Below, one piece after another: positions 1-14,326 of a stretch of DNA of 64,000 bases (the stretch's first letter is position 1; every line of letters begins with the position of its first letter). Made by a program: the position numbers and the translations under genes. The notes beneath the pieces were generated by a model. That model was given only the letters and a program-made list of their open reading frames with translations. It had not been told where the DNA came from and did not search any database. Source of the stretch: Takakia lepidozioides (taxonomy: Eukaryota; Plantae; Bryophyta); contig CM060733.1 of assembly GCA_030704615.1 (NCBI GenBank), positions 72,850,001 to 72,914,000 of the forward strand. The letters are read 5' to 3'.

Positions 1-898
1 GGGCGGCATTGACAGACTGATGTCGCCGAATGCTGGTACCAATGTGGTGAGTGCAACAATGGAGCAAGGCATAGCAAAGGTTCGGCGGATCAGGGTGCTA
101 CTGCGAGACAACGTGGATGTAAAAAGAAAGAAAAAACAGGTGGGAATTCACCAGTCCAAGGCGTATCTACACAACAATGATGCGACGAAACTAAAGAGGC
201 AGCGAAGAAACTTTACCAACAGACATGCGAACAAAGGAGATCGCGGAAGAAGACAAGGTGGTTTCAAGCGGGCGAAGTAGAAGAAATGGGTACCAGATCA
301 GGAAAGCAAGTGGCGGAGAGAGTCAAGACTGACAAGGAAACGATTTGGCACCTGGGGAGGAAGTGTCACACCAAACCAAATGGTCATGAAGCTTACATGT
401 GAACGGCGGGCGCACCTAACACTACATTGCACACACTACAACGAGTCGGTAAAACACACAATCGGAAGATGGAGACAGAGAATAATTGCAATTCATGGAA
501 AACCAAAAGACAACAGGTGAGTGGAGCCCACTGATGACCAGGCAGCAATGGAAAGGATGATGGAGGAAGAGATCATGCTAATTCATGAGCTTGAAAGCAA
601 ATTGCGCGACAATGTAAGTTTAGCACAGAAAGCACAACAGAAAGCATACAAGCAACGACACAGATATGGGAAGGGACTTACAGAATTGCAGCCTGGCGAG
701 CTCGTGATGATGATCCGATCAGGGCAGAAGCGAAAATTGGAATCGACTTGGGAGGGACCATACAAATTTCAAGCCAATGTTGACAAACACCAGGAAGGAA
801 CAAGGAGTGAGGTAGATCGAGTTTGTGTATTACAGGACGGTGGTGGGAAACAATGGAGCAGATCACGACGTGATTTGAAGTTGCTGCAGGTGGAGTGA
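1..898 (+). mobile_element. Ty3/gypsy remnant, integrase C-terminal region
   Basis: ORF 521-898 has 'LQPGELVMM...KLESTWEGPYK', typical of the gypsy integrase GPY/F tail. The following 900-2040 is non-coding and may be LTR (not delimited). Confidence 0.55.
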
Positions 899-2969
899 GC
901 GTTGTCCGGAAGGCCAGACAGCTTAAAATCGGAGGACTTACACCTGTAGGTCGAAAGGAGGTGATGAGGGAAACACGGGAGAACCCCAAGGGAATTGGGG
1001 TTTTTGTGCTTAAGGAACGATGGCAGGCGAGTTGGATGAAATCACAATTTATCATTGGAGTTAACAGGGTGAAATTGATAAATTTTCATCAACGGATGGA
1101 CGGTGGAAAAATTGGATAACAAGCAGGGATGAGATCACTAATTGGCATTAGTGGATGGATGACGAGCTAGCAGGATGACATGGCGATGAAAGCACCAACG
1201 AAAAAGTTGATTATTCATAACATGGGGATGATACTGCAGAAATAAGACAAAGGACTCAACGGCGATTTAGTGGGTAGAGTGGCCACAATAATATTAGCTA
1301 GGTGGCACTAAGATAAAGGGTGGATAGAAGGAGGTACACATCACCTTAAGATATATTTAGCAACAATCAGGCATGTGGCACAGAGGGGAATAATATCTGG
1401 TGGCCACTAAGTCTTCAAGCCTAAGGTTGCAGTCGATTGAGTTGTGGGGTCTAGTTATTAAATGATCACGTGGAGTGACGGCATAGATAAGACCAAGTTT
1501 ATGATCAGGTCAGGGATAAGACGAGTGGTTGTGCATAGTCATCCCTCTTAGATTTTTGGTACTAGTTAACGTTTCTTCTTGTAGTAAAGCATGGAGATTA
1601 TCATCATTCTAGAGTGAGCACTAGAATCAGCTTGGTGTGAAGTAGAATGTATCCATTAACATAGAGATGGTGTTATGATGGTTAGCTCAAGTGTTTTGTG
1701 AGGATTAACTCTCATGCATCGAAACATCTTATTTACATTTATACAAAGAGAGGCTGCAGGCTTAGCTAGCATGCACGATACGGTTATGTACTAAAAATAG
1801 TGAACTGATACCAGTATGTAGTAGAGTAGTTTTTTCATGCACTTCTCTGCAAAGCCAAGTTAGACATATGTGTTAATACTGTAGCAAAGCATGAACACAA
1901 GAGGGTAGGAAGTAAGCATCCCGGCAGGCCTCGTGCGATCGGAATGGTGCAAACATAGATATGAAAGCGAATGAAGTAACAAGCTCAAGGGCATTTGGTC
2001 ACCTTCCAGGGATGATAATAAAAGAAGACAAACAATGTGTCTAGACAAATCTCAATGACGAATCTCCGTTTGTGCTAGGTTTTCTCTTCCGCCGCAGCCT
2101 GGGATAAATGGTGTACTGACTGGATGGATTGTCATGGGTTGTAGGCCCCTTCTTTTTACTTATATTGGTGTCGGCAATCGTAATGTGTTGTGTACCTTCG
2201 TGCGAGGTGTCTCCCTGAGTGTCAGTGTTTGTGCTGTGCTCTTCTGGCACAGCACAAATAAATTTGATTTGGGGTTTCCTGTTTATTGGACTCCACGGGT
2301 CGTTGCCGTCTTTCCATAATTGATGGTTTAATATCCTGTGCAGGGTTTGTTTTTCATCCAAACACAATACGGCTTCTTGTGGCTTCTTGTCTTTGAAGAC
2401 AATTTTTCTAGTTGGTGTCTCTCAGTGTGGCTGACTGCAGAGTTCGGTGCAGACTTTCGCCGTGCATGTCATTCTTACAGAAGATTGTAAACCCCAAAAT
2501 CCGTTGCATACATCGCCCGCAGTCATTGGGACTGTGCTACCCTTATTCACCTCAGTTCGTTTGGGGTGGATCCCCTCTCGAGAATTACGGGCTATCAGTT
2601 CAAGGGACCCTTTGTGGATCGCAACTTTGGCTCAGTGTAGGAAAACATGTCCAGGAAGGGAGACAGACACGCTCGATTTCATTCCAATGCAGGTAGTCTT
2701 CACTGACTGCCACTGCAGATGACGATGGGTTTGCAGTTATTCATGAGGATGAGCTGGTTACAGTGTTCCCTCTGGAATTGGGTTCTCTGCTTGTTCAAAA
2801 AGAGGTGTATGACGAGGATGGGAATTTGGATTCTGGACACTTGCAGAAACCATTGGTTGGCGAGTGTGGGAGGAAGTGGAGAGTCCTCCCAGGCACATAC
2901 CGGGTCCTTGGAAAAGAGAGAAGACAATCAGCAGGATAAGTAGTTACCCCTGGCACTGCAGCATCGGTC

Positions 2970-5900
2970 GTGCAGCAGAATGACACAGTTCATGTGAAAC
3001 AAAAGGTGAGCACATCCACTACATTCGTGACTCTTTCAGACTCGTCCTCGAAGGATGTTTCTGAGATTCCTCCGCCAATCCAGACTCCATTCTTGGATGA
3101 TGACGAATTGCAAGAGATAACGAGTGTCATTCCGAAATTGAAAGCCCTCGCAGGGGTGCCTGGGTGCAAGAGCGAGCTGCGTTTTGTTGATTGGGAGTTC
3201 CTTCGGATGCAACGGGTTCAATATGTGCCAACAGAGTTTGACGGGGACATTTTGTTTGAGCTCAACCTTCCCACGTCTTCCAGTGGACTTGCTGGGCTTC
3301 TGCAGGGCATGGACAAGAAACATGACGGACACCCTTGGTGCAGGACAAAAACATCGAACATCCACGACATTGGATTGAAATTTCGAAGGTCGGTTTGCGT
3401 TGGACATTGCAAGTGCGTGAATACTTCTTGCCCTCGCCTGAGAAACAGCTCTAAACCAAACGAAAGTGAGTGGGAAGGGGTGCCCCTGAATCCTTTCACA
3501 CCAGGGCTTACCCCTCCCAAAACCAATATTTTTGTGTGCAGGTTCTGCGAACTTGCCCCATCCTGTGTTTCTGTGTGTCACACTCGTATGTACCAGGTGG
3601 CACACCGGTGCAAGATAATGACTCGTGCCTGCATTCATATGGGTACACACGAGCATCATGTGTCGAAGGGAAGTTGCAGGGATAGTGTAGACATCGCTAG
3701 AAATTTTCTGAAGCAGGAGTTTCACAATGCCCCTTGTGCAACACCTTCTGCTATAGCGCTTGCAGCTAGCAAAGTATTCCTGGAAAAACACATACTGGGT
3801 GAAGAGGATGCGACACAACCAATGCTGGATGCAGATTCGCTTGATGTAGTGATGGACCATTTCTCCGTGTTGAGCTCTCTTAATATTCGAAACCAGGTGA
3901 ATGCACTCAGAATGGGCACAGGCAATACTAGATTCATTGACAACATTATGGACCTCAAACAGAGGAGTCGCTATGAATTCATTCAAAACAGTATCTTCCC
4001 TGGCCAAGGCTCGTCCAAGGTGTATTTGTTCAAGATGTCAACAGTGGGCGAAGGCAGTGGTGTGAGCATTGTCCGCCGAATGCAACCTGGAGGAGATTTG
4101 GCAAAATGTTGGTTAATGTTTGATCACTGCAAATGGGTGAAGGGTTGGACAACCATGGCGTGCCATGTGTACGATCCAATGTACCATCGTGTGCTCTCCA
4201 TAGCAATTTGTGATATGTAGTCGGAGGACACTGAATCCCAAATGCTCATATGGAATTCTCTCCTGGCCGTCATGTAGCGCAATGGAATGCAGAACACAAA
4301 TTTTGCAGGGTTCATGGTTGATAGTGCACAGACAAATTTCAATGTAGTGCTGCGCATCTTTGGTTCAGGGGATTCTAAGGTCCTAATGGAAAATAGGGAG
4401 CACACATGCCTCTTCCATTGGAGTCAATCTCTGGCACGTCATACAAAGCCCTGCATTCGACCTGACCTTCAGTTGGAGCACAAAAGACTCTGTCTCAAGT
4501 ACAAAAATGCCACCTCAATGGGAGAAGCTGAGAGCACTTACCAAGCAATCCGGGCTTGGTGGTTCTCATCTGGTGCTGCTATTGGGATCCAGCTGAAGGA
4601 GTTGGAGGACTGGTTTGTTTTTCGGCACTTCAGGTACAGACAGTGGGGAGCTTTCATGACGACGGTAACCCTCTTCAATCCCAGAAACACAAATTTCATT
4701 TTGCATCATGTCTGTTCCTTTGGGGTTGTTGGATTGTCACTTGCAGAACCTCTTCCATTTCCTTTCGTTCCTCACATTTGCGTGCATTGCCTCCTGCAGG
4801 ATATGTCCTTGGAGGACTTGGCCGACATGCCTTCGTGTAATTTGGCTGAGACTGTTCACAACGCCTGGATGCAGCAGTCTACCAAAGCAGGATGTGACTT
4901 GTATATTGCCACTGCAAATGACATGATGCGGGCACTTACACAACAAACCAGATATCGCAATTTTCTGATGGGACGGGGCGGAGGTAAGGGCCCTGATACG
5001 ACTTTGTTGATGCTAAGGGCTGCGAGCAGGTCCGGAGACCCATCGAAGATGGCGAGAGCTCTGAACAGATGCACTGAAGGCTCCCCTTTGCAATCCAGGG
5101 TCCCCCATTTGGAAGGCCAGGAAACATTTGGATCATGCAAAAGGAAATTGAACACTCTTCCAGGGTCGGATGGAGATTCTCATCGCCCGGACAGGGTCAA
5201 TTTCTCTGTACCAAAGATGTCTCCAGTGCAGACTAAGTCATGTGCTCGCCCCTTCCCAGGTGGGTCCTCTTCCAGTGGAGCAGGTGCAAATCATGCAAGC
5301 ACAGCAGCAGGAATCCCTTTGGAGGAGGTGGTGTCCTTGGTGCATGAATCTGATTGCATTGACAGTGAGTGGCATATAGAACGCACCCCACCAGGATCTA
5401 GAGTGGCTTGCATGCAATTCGGACCCCCTCTTTCAAGAAATGCAAATCAAAAATATGCAAAGGCTCCAGATGGACTCCAGCTCCAACATTCACAAGGTTG
5501 TTCCGACCTTATCATAGTGGGGAGTCAAAGGACTGGAAGTTCTGGTTCTGCCCAGACGATATGGCACGATGCGTCAAGGGAACAGTTCGTCCTTCGGTGA
5601 TAATGAAGCCCCCTCGGCCCGCAATTTGGCCTGTGAAACTTGGGACGTCGTTGTCATCAACCAAGATAAGCATGCTGGAGGAGGGAGGGTTCCGTCTTGC
5701 ACGGTCCCAGGTAATGCCCTCATGCATTCTGGGCACAGATGTGCCACATGCTCCGGCAATGCCTCCACCCGGTGCCGACTCCCACCCAACAAAAAGAGAT
5801 GGAAAAACAGTGTGTCGTGTCGCTTCGGGTGCAGATCACGACTGCAAGATGGAATCGGCTAGAATTTTGCAGGCTCGGGTGACTCGTATCACCGAAGTCC

Positions 5901-6009
5901 CGGCCCCGGGGTATGGACGGATTTACACAGTGTTGTCTACTGGCTCAGTTCTTCATGGCAAAGAATATCAGGTTGTCGTGAGGAATTTCCCTGCGTGCAC
6001 CTGTCCAGA
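2970..6009 (+). pseudogene. Mutator-like (MULE) transposase copy 1: GCM-like Zn domain, DDE core, truncated in SWIM
   Basis: DGHPWCRTKTSN..C.GH..C...C...FVCRFC...HMGTHEH (WRKY-GCM1-like); WLMFDH, FMVDSAQ, CLFHW (CxxH), CNLAETVH (E). Intron about 4666-4799. Ends at NFPACTCPD. In-frame stops at 4218 and 4275. Homologous to 18480-21961. Confidence 0.85.
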
Positions 6010-9000
6010 CAATCAAATCAGACCAACGATGAAGACCACGAATGCAACCACGGAAACAGAATTGGCGGAAGTAATTTGCCAGACCAAGACCCAAATTACC
6101 ATTGGACAATTATTAAAAATTGCTCCACACTGCAAGAAAACTTTATTTCGGGCAATCGAGGCATTGACCCCCACACCAAAACAAAAACCAACACCAGAGG
6201 TTTACACGATTAAACCCACAACTATACGACAAACTCCAGACTACGATGAAGCAATACCCGTAATACAAGTACGTATTGGACGGAAGCTGGTAACAAATAT
6301 ACTCATCGATGGAGGATCCGGAGTGAATATCATGACAGAGAAAATGAAGAAGTCACTAGGATTGGGGCACATGGAACCTGCTCCATTCACGGTACGAATG
6401 GCTGATCAACAAAAAGTGCAGCCATTGGGTATCATCAGACGACTTGCAATGGAAATAGCAGGACTGGTATACGAAGTATCAGTAACCATTCTCAGAATGG
6501 AGGATGTGGCAAAAGGATATTCGCTACTACTTGGCCGACCATGGTTAACACAAGCCCAATCACACCACGATTGGGGAAGTCAGACTCTCACGATCAAAAA
6601 GGGATCAGAACAAGTCACCATCACTACGAAACAACAAGGTACCATTCCACGAGAGAAACGACCTTGCATAGTGGAAGAGTATGATTGGTCCAGTGGACTA
6701 TCGAATGAAGAAGAAACCACAGTATATGCCGCACATCCACAGTTGGAACCTATTGGGCAATTAGTGGTCAAGCATACCACAACAGTAGGATGTCACATGG
6801 TGAACACCCAAGGAGAACCGAATACTTCGAGAACGGAGGATCCAGAGGAAGAAGCTATGGATAAACACCCTGCCTGTTTTTATCAAGAAAGGGAAGAGGA
6901 CATTAAAATCAGTGAAGTACCTGCCACGGTTGCAACCATTGAACAAGAGATTGTAGGATGGACAGTAACAGAAGAAACTCAATTGATTCAAGTGAATCTG
7001 GGAACAGTGGAAGAACTGCAGATAATACGAGTAAGTGCAGGTATTGAAGAATCGTTTATACATGAAGCTACTGCATTATTCACTGAATACAAGGATGTAT
7101 TTGCCTGGAACTACAAAGATTTGAAGGGTATACCTTCTAACATCTGTCAGCACCGAATTGAATTGGAAGTTGACACAAAACCAATTCGTTAGAACCGTTA
7201 CAGAATGAACCCCAACTATGCAGTTAAAGTTTGGGAAGAAATCAAGAAATTACTGGATGCAGGATTCATATACCCAGTAGAGACACCACAATGGTTATCA
7301 CCCATTGTGATAGTACCCAAGAAAAATGGAAAACTACGAGTATGTGTGGACTACCGCAAGTTAAACGCAGGAACCAAGAAAGACCCATTTCCACTACCTT
7401 TCACCGAAATAGTGTTGGACACAGTGGCCGGATATGAGATGTACTCATTCATGGATGGGTTTAGTGGGTACAACCAGGTGCGGATGGCAGAAGAAGACCG
7501 AGAAAAAACCGCATTCATCATTGAATGGGGAGTCTATGCTTACAAAGTCATGCCATTTGGACTTTGCAACGCACCAACCACGTTTCAGCGGGCAGTGTCT
7601 GAGATATTCAAGAATTATCTCAACGATTTTATGCAGGTATTTTTGGATGATTTCAGTGTCTTCGGACAGAAATTCAAACACTTGGCACAGTTAAAATTTT
7701 GCCTACAAGCCTGGAGAAACAATGGAGTAAGTCTCAATCCGGAAAAATGTACATTTTGTGTGAATTCAGGATTATTGTTGGGACGCATTGTGTGCCAACA
7801 AGGGATTCTGGTGGATCCAAAGAAAGTGGAGGTTATCCAGAAAATACCACCACCAAGAAACTCAAGAGATTTCTGGGACAGACAAGCTATTACAGAAGGT
7901 ACATGGACAAATATGCTCACAGAGCGGCACCAGTCTATAGACTGCTGAAGCAAGATGCCGAATACCGATGGTCTCCAGCTTGCCAGGAATCATTTGATTC
8001 ACTAAAAATGGCACTCACTGCAGCACCAATTCTAATAAATCCAAGATGGGATTTACCATTTCATGTACACAGTGATGCATCAGGCATTGCTTTGGGAGCA
8101 GTTTTAGCTCAGAATGTGACAGGCACAATAGATTCACCAATCTATTATGCGAGCAGACTGTTGACAACAGCCGAGAAGAACTATAGCACCACAGAAAGGG
8201 AAGCATTGACAATGATTTATGCTGTTCAAAAGTTTCGGCATTATTTACTTGGCAATCGCTTTAAGTTTATTGTTGATCATCAGGCTCTAGTCATTTAGCA
8301 AATCGACCACTAGCTAGTGGCAGGGTTGCTCGATGGTTATTACTTCTTCATGAGTATGATTTTGAAGTTGTTCATAAACCAGGGAGATTACATGTTACAA
8401 CAGATCATCTGTCAATGATTACTACAGGAGAACCAGCCACGGGGGTAGAGGATCAACTTCCCGATGCATTTCTGTTTGCTGTTCAACCAGAGGCACCAGA
8501 TGAAGAGACAGATCCTATAGATGCTCTGGGAATGTTTCAAGGAGACTATGACCTTCCAGATGCTCTTAAACTCATGGATGACACTGATGAAGAAGAGGAC
8601 TTATCAGATGAAGATGAACCTCTTGATGAAGGACCTATTATTGAGGAAGAGCCAGATCCAGAAGAAGAAGATGACAAGGAAAACGAAGAAACAAACAATC
8701 AAGAATTGGCCAATATCAGTATTGGAGCTTATACAGTTACTAAAGAAGAATCAGAAGACATTCACAATCAAGATCAAGATGATTGACAATGGCCAATCAA
8801 ATACTATCTGAACACAGGGAAATTTCCTGAAGACTACACCAAAGATGACAGGAGAAAGCTTTCAATGAAAAGCAAGCCATACACAGTAATCAAGGGAATT
8901 CTGTACAAAAGAGGAATTGACTCCATAATGAGAAGATGTGTAAACAAAGAACAAGCCAAAACAATGATGTAAGAGCTACACGAAGGAATTGCAGGAGGAC

Positions 9001-10154
9001 ACATCAGTTCGGACCTGACAGCAAAGAAGATATTATTAGCAGGTTATTGGTGGCCTACTGTATTTGGAGATACTTACGAACACTGTCAACAGTGTGATGA
9101 AGATTGGACCAGTAGAACAAACGGGGAAGGGGACTCTGCACCCAATACTACAAACAGAACCATGTTAGACTTCGTGGGACCCATTAAACCTCCAGCAAGG
9201 TACACACAAAACCAATACATCCTCACAGCCACGGATTACACTACCAAATGGGTAGAGGCCAAGGCCCTAAGAGACAACACTGCCAGATCGACAGCGAAAT
9301 TCTTATATGAAAACATCATCACATGATTTGGTTGCCCACTGGAATTCGTCAGTGATCAAGGATCACATTTTATAAATGATGCCATAAAATGCTTGACGGA
9401 GGAGTTCATGATCGTACATCACAAGAGTACTGCTTACTATCCCCAAGGAAATGGCCAAGCCGAATCTACCAACAAGATATTATGCACTATCTTAACCAAG
9501 ATAGTAAATGCCAATCGTACAGATTGGGACACCAAATTGAACACAACACTACGGGCATTCAGGACATCATACAAGGTGACCACGAAACATACACCATTTC
9601 AACTGGTGTATGGAGCAGAGGCACTATTATCCATTGAATGTATGATACCCACACTACGAACCGAAACTCATGAACGATGGGGTTTAGAGGAATCTCTACA
9701 AGTCAGGGAATATGAGTTATTCCATCTGGAAGAAGTTCGGGCAGACGCCGCAGATAACATGGCACGGATTCAAGAACAACGAAGAAAAAGAATATCCAAA
9801 GGGAAAGAGAAATCTTTCCAGGATGGGGACATTGTTTTGTGGTTACCAAAAATCAAGAAGATCAAATTGGGCGGAAAATTGAAAATGCCATGGATGGGAC
9901 CATTTCAAATCAAAAGGGTACATGACAATGGAACTGTTGATTTGCAGACCTTGGAACAAGAATTCATGGGACGAATTAATATTAACAAGTTAAAAGGCTA
10001 CCAAGGAATACATGACAAAGCCCTTATACATGACTTATACGCCAACGAGGAAGATCAAATTGAAGATGAGGAGCGCGAAACCGCCAGTGCATACTACATT
10101 CATCACGACACGGTGAATCGGCATGTACTAAGACAGGTGTCAACACGAATTTAA
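6010..10154 (+). pseudogene. pol: gypsy pol (protease, RT, RNase H, integrase), disrupted
   Basis: ILIDGGSG (PR); LRVCVDYRKLN, MPFGLCNAP, VFLDDF (RT); VHSDASG, NYSTTEREAL (RH); STAYYPQGNGQAE, WMGPF (IN). Stops and frameshifts. Confidence 0.92.
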
Positions 10155-10928
10155 GGCACCACGACGGCTAGACCACCATTCATCTGGAGGACAACATTAC
10201 CACCCCGTATACCGTATGGTGAACCGTGGCCAACACAGATGCCCTATAGAACCGTGAACGAATACGAAGCAGCCAACGAGTCACTGCTTTATTAAACTCC
10301 GAGATGTACGCTCTAGATCACCCCACCGACCGTGGTACATACACCACTAGCCATCGATCATAACACGGAGGCAGAATGACGGCGCAATCCAACGGATTGC
10401 CAAAAGACGGCGGATGATAAAGGCAAAGCCAATAAACCAAGCTGCAAGTACTGTGCACACGCCGCCCATCTAAAAACAGACCACGTACCAAAGTGGATGA
10501 ATACATCCAAGATGGATGAGCATAAACTGACCGAAACTGGACAATCATCAACGACCATCAGTTCGATCCAAAACAAACCACGAAGAAAATACCAACAGAA
10601 GAAAATCGAGCACAAAAGGGATGAAGTTTTCTCAAAATCGTTACCAGAAGCTAAATGCTTCTTGGTAAGCCTGGGCCCAGCAATTAAAGCTAACTGCGCT
10701 TTAAACCTAGGCAACCAGCAGGACAAAATTACCTCCACGAGAACCTCGAGAGAAGTTAGAGGAGAAGCCTACAGAGGAGAACCCCTACTTAAACCCAAAA
10801 GCGAACTCCTCACCTTCTCTTCCGCAAACTGGAAATTGTTGTATACACAACTTCCAGTGTGCTTCATACTGCTTGTGATACAGGAATTGGTACTCCAATT
10901 CCTTACAGCAACCGCAAGACTAAGAGAA

Positions 10929-13397
10929 ATGGCAGGCACCAAGCGGAAGGCACCAAGTTCTTATGTGCAAGTGAATTTCAAAATCAGCCCGGCGTTGCGG
11001 AAGATTGAGCAAGACATAGAGACACAGGAGACGTTAGACAGTCTTGGCTTGCGATACTTCATCACCACGCTGGACTGGAACCTTAAGCATGACGAGCTGT
11101 GCAGGGAGTTTTTGGAGAATTACAACACCAGCACTCGGAGCACAAATGTCCGCGACACACACATTCTGCTGACGGAGAAGTACTTGGCGGAAGTGTTTCA
11201 CCTTCCCAGTCTGGACGTACCGGCGCACAGCGGCAAACCTCCAAGGTTTGTACTTGCAGATTTGTTTGAGAATCTCAACCAAGCCGATCAGGGCTACACA
11301 TGCAGTCACAGCAAAAACCCCGGCTTTAGGAAGATAACCCCGGTACTTAGCACGTTGCTTTGCCTCAGGCAAAACCACAGCTACTGTACCAAGGAGTTAA
11401 TCGATCAAGTGTTGATTTGCCTCAGTGGGCAAATCGTGAATTGGGCAAGCTTCTTATTGAAGAAGTTGACCCAAGAATTGACCCGTTTGACAAAGAAGAA
11501 GAAGGAAGCGACTGTTACCATGGCTACTCTCTTGTTACTCCAAATGATTCGACAATTTGCAGGCAATACAAGCATTGGGGCAAGTAACAGTTTGTATGGA
11601 TAGGGCCAAGGATTACATCAGCCCGGAGAACCTGAGCATGATCTTAGACCACATCAAAGAGAAACACTAGAGGGAATTGGCGACAGCAAGAACAGTATGT
11701 AACCATGAGGTTACAATCGCAGCGTTAGAAGATAAAAAACGACCTTACTTCGCCAATACAACACTTTGGCACAACGCAGAGATGAGTGGGAGCAAAAGTG
11801 GGAAAGACAGAGAGACGAAACACGCCATGTCCAAGCCGACCTCGATGCATAGCGAGAACGATCTCGGATAACAGAGACAGAGGTGGAAACACTCACAGGA
11901 CAGGTGTAGACGCTTAAGCAGCAGGTGACGACACTCAATGGACAGCTGAAGACTGCCAAAGACCAGGGAAACAAGTGGCTCACATGCAACACTGCACTGC
12001 TAAGGGAAAGGGAAAGTGCTGAAAGCAGGCTGTTTACAGCCACCACAGAAAGAGACATTGCCATGGGCAATGAACAAGAATGGAAACAGCAGCTGGAAAA
12101 GCTGACACTGCAAGCAGGGCTGGACGCAGCAGACGCAGCCTTGGCCAGAGCCTGGTTGATTGAAGGGAGTGAACTGGAGATGAAGAAACTCAACAGGGCA
12201 ATGGTGAGGCAGATGGAATGCCAATTGGCGAAGTTGGTGACAGACATTCATGAGGAGTTCCTGCCACCAATTCCAGGACAAGAGGAGCTCATGGACAAAG
12301 ATGATCAAGAGGAGCAAGACCATGAACGAGAAGCACCAATACAATCAACAACAACAACACCAGCACAAACACCACCAGCAACACAACCACCACCAAGTCA
12401 ACAAACACTGGTATAGGCCACAACAGGGCCATCTACTCAAGAGGTAAACCTCGTAACACTACCAAGTGTACTGGTAGCATCAACTTTGGTAGAAGTGAAT
12501 GATTTCCAAATCATGCCATGCAAGCAGGATGGGGAGTGGCTAAAGTATTCGGAGGAATACTTTAAAATGATGGTAGTCCCAGCCCACCAAATCCCAGAGA
12601 TACTGGAGAAGGTCTTCAAAACCTTAACCCTTGCAGATCATTGGGTCAATTGCATCTGCTCAATCAAACTCTTATACCTCTGAGATACAGGATGAGGCCA
12701 CTGGCTAGGGAAGAGACATGGTCAGGGGCAGAATTGGTTGAATTCTGGCGCCAGGCTCCCCTGGAATACAAGGAGCTGGTAGCTTACATGTGGGCAGTGG
12801 GGCAAGTGAAGATTGATCCTACCCCGGCGGTAGACATTGTAATGGGCTGCCCAAGTTTTTATATTGGCAGTTACTTGTACCGGATGTTCGTGACAATGAG
12901 GGGAAGCTGGCAGCGCTATGAGAGTATTGAAAAAGATACTCACTAGGAATTACCCAAATTCCAGCCACCAGAGAGTCGCAGACACTTCAGCATACATGAA
13001 CAAACCACTATATGCTGAAGCATGGTGCCAGGCAAAGGACCACTTTTCACCATTGGTCTTGGACAGAGATCACCCTTTCAGAGAAACAGGGACGCAAGCG
13101 GTTAACTGGTTAATGGGCAGCAGGGCTACTAAACACATTATACCCTGGACCAAGGAGGAGCTGCAGACCTACCGAGAAACCTTAACCACCAAAATCGACA
13201 TGATATGTGGGGACGGAATAGTAGAACACCCTGATGACGAAAGCTGGCCTACTCACGAACCAGAGGAGCAACCAGACAGTGACGACAACAGGAACAAGAA
13301 GCTGCCACCACGACAATCCTGGGATGCACTTCCTACCCCGCAGACAGGCATGCCACCACCTTACATCCCCAAGAGATACAGCAAGCACAAGAACTGA
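10929..13397 (+). pseudogene. Additional sense ORF of gypsy element (Athila/Tat-type 3' accessory protein, coiled coil, Q/T/P-rich linker)
   Basis: MAGTKRK start; 'ELCREFLENY...NVRDTHILLTEKYLAEVFHLP' resembles the putative plant transposon protein motif of Athila/Tat extra ORFs. Pieces 11925-12416, 12486-13397 continue up to the PPT. Confidence 0.65.
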
Positions 13398-13443
13398 CGA
13401 AATTGTGCGGATACAATTTCAAAAGATGGGGGGGGGGGATAAA

Positions 13444-14326
13444 TGATAATGGCTATGCTACGAGGGCTAGATAGCAAGGGTCACAACGGGACATACCGGG
13501 TAGTGATGGATGTACACTACCTGGCCACGGGCAAAAACGGCTAAGTACGCGGTACTTAGCAAATGGCGGAACAAGGGTACATTACCACGGGAGCAGTAGT
13601 GGGTAGTGTAGTAACTGTGGGCCATGAACCATGATATCACACGCCCACGTTAGCATCGGCTTTAACCAATAGAGGGAGTAGTGGACCGTTTACCACTATG
13701 GCTCACAACCACTGCAACAAGCCATTTTTTTAGCAAACCTTTTAGGTTGCGTAGGCAGTTAGGCAAACGGTCATTAACGACCGCAGACTGTAACGGCTCT
13801 TTCAAGCATAGTATAAAAAGGCTGCACGCAACTTAGAGGAGGAGCAATATGAGTGTCAGTGATCAGTGTGTATTCAAGGACTCAGAGTAATTCAATGTGT
13901 ACTTCTGTGATGATATGACAAACTCTGAAGTAAAGCCATGTTATTCGAAGTATCTCTGTGTAGAGTGAACGTGAGATGGAGAGAATGTGCATTATGAGAG
14001 AACGTGAGATGGTGAGAATGTATATCATCTCAAGATAGTTCTTGTTTTGCCTTGACTACCATTTGTTTGTATGAACGAAACGACTTCAGTCTTTTCGACT
14101 AAGATCTTTTATGCCAAAGAGACTGTAAATTGAGCTTAATCAATAGGATTAAGCAGCCTGCAGGGAGATGAATTCATACGATGTTCATTGTTTAGCTATC
14201 CTTAAAACGATTACTTCGTAATCGTTTTTGAAAGCATACCGTCGGACAACCTCTGTTGCATGTCTTAGGAAATGGGCAGTAGTGTTGATAGCCTATTTTG
14301 TCAAAGTCATAAACCAGCGGTTAACA
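13444..14326 (+). repeat. 3' LTR of gypsy A1
   Basis: Starts TGATAA just after the PPT. Ends TTAACA where homology to PPR-upstream sequence (reverse complement of about 17100-17135) resumes. TATAAAA at about 13813. Confidence 0.7.

Larger units (their letters stand above)
6004..14326 (+). mobile_element. 5'-truncated non-chromovirus Ty3/gypsy LTR retrotransposon (copy A1) with extra 3' ORF and 3' LTR
   Basis: PR-RT-RH-IN order, extra ORF, PPT AAAGATGGGGGGGGGGGA at about 13422-13439, LTR TGATAA...TTAACA. Near-identical to 59236-62486. Confidence 0.9.

Noticed and set aside
3036-4007. 323-aa minus-strand ORF and similar antisense ORFs (e.g. 19287-19916, 46917-47471)
   Set aside because: Shadows of transposase/gag-pol on the opposite strand with no motifs.
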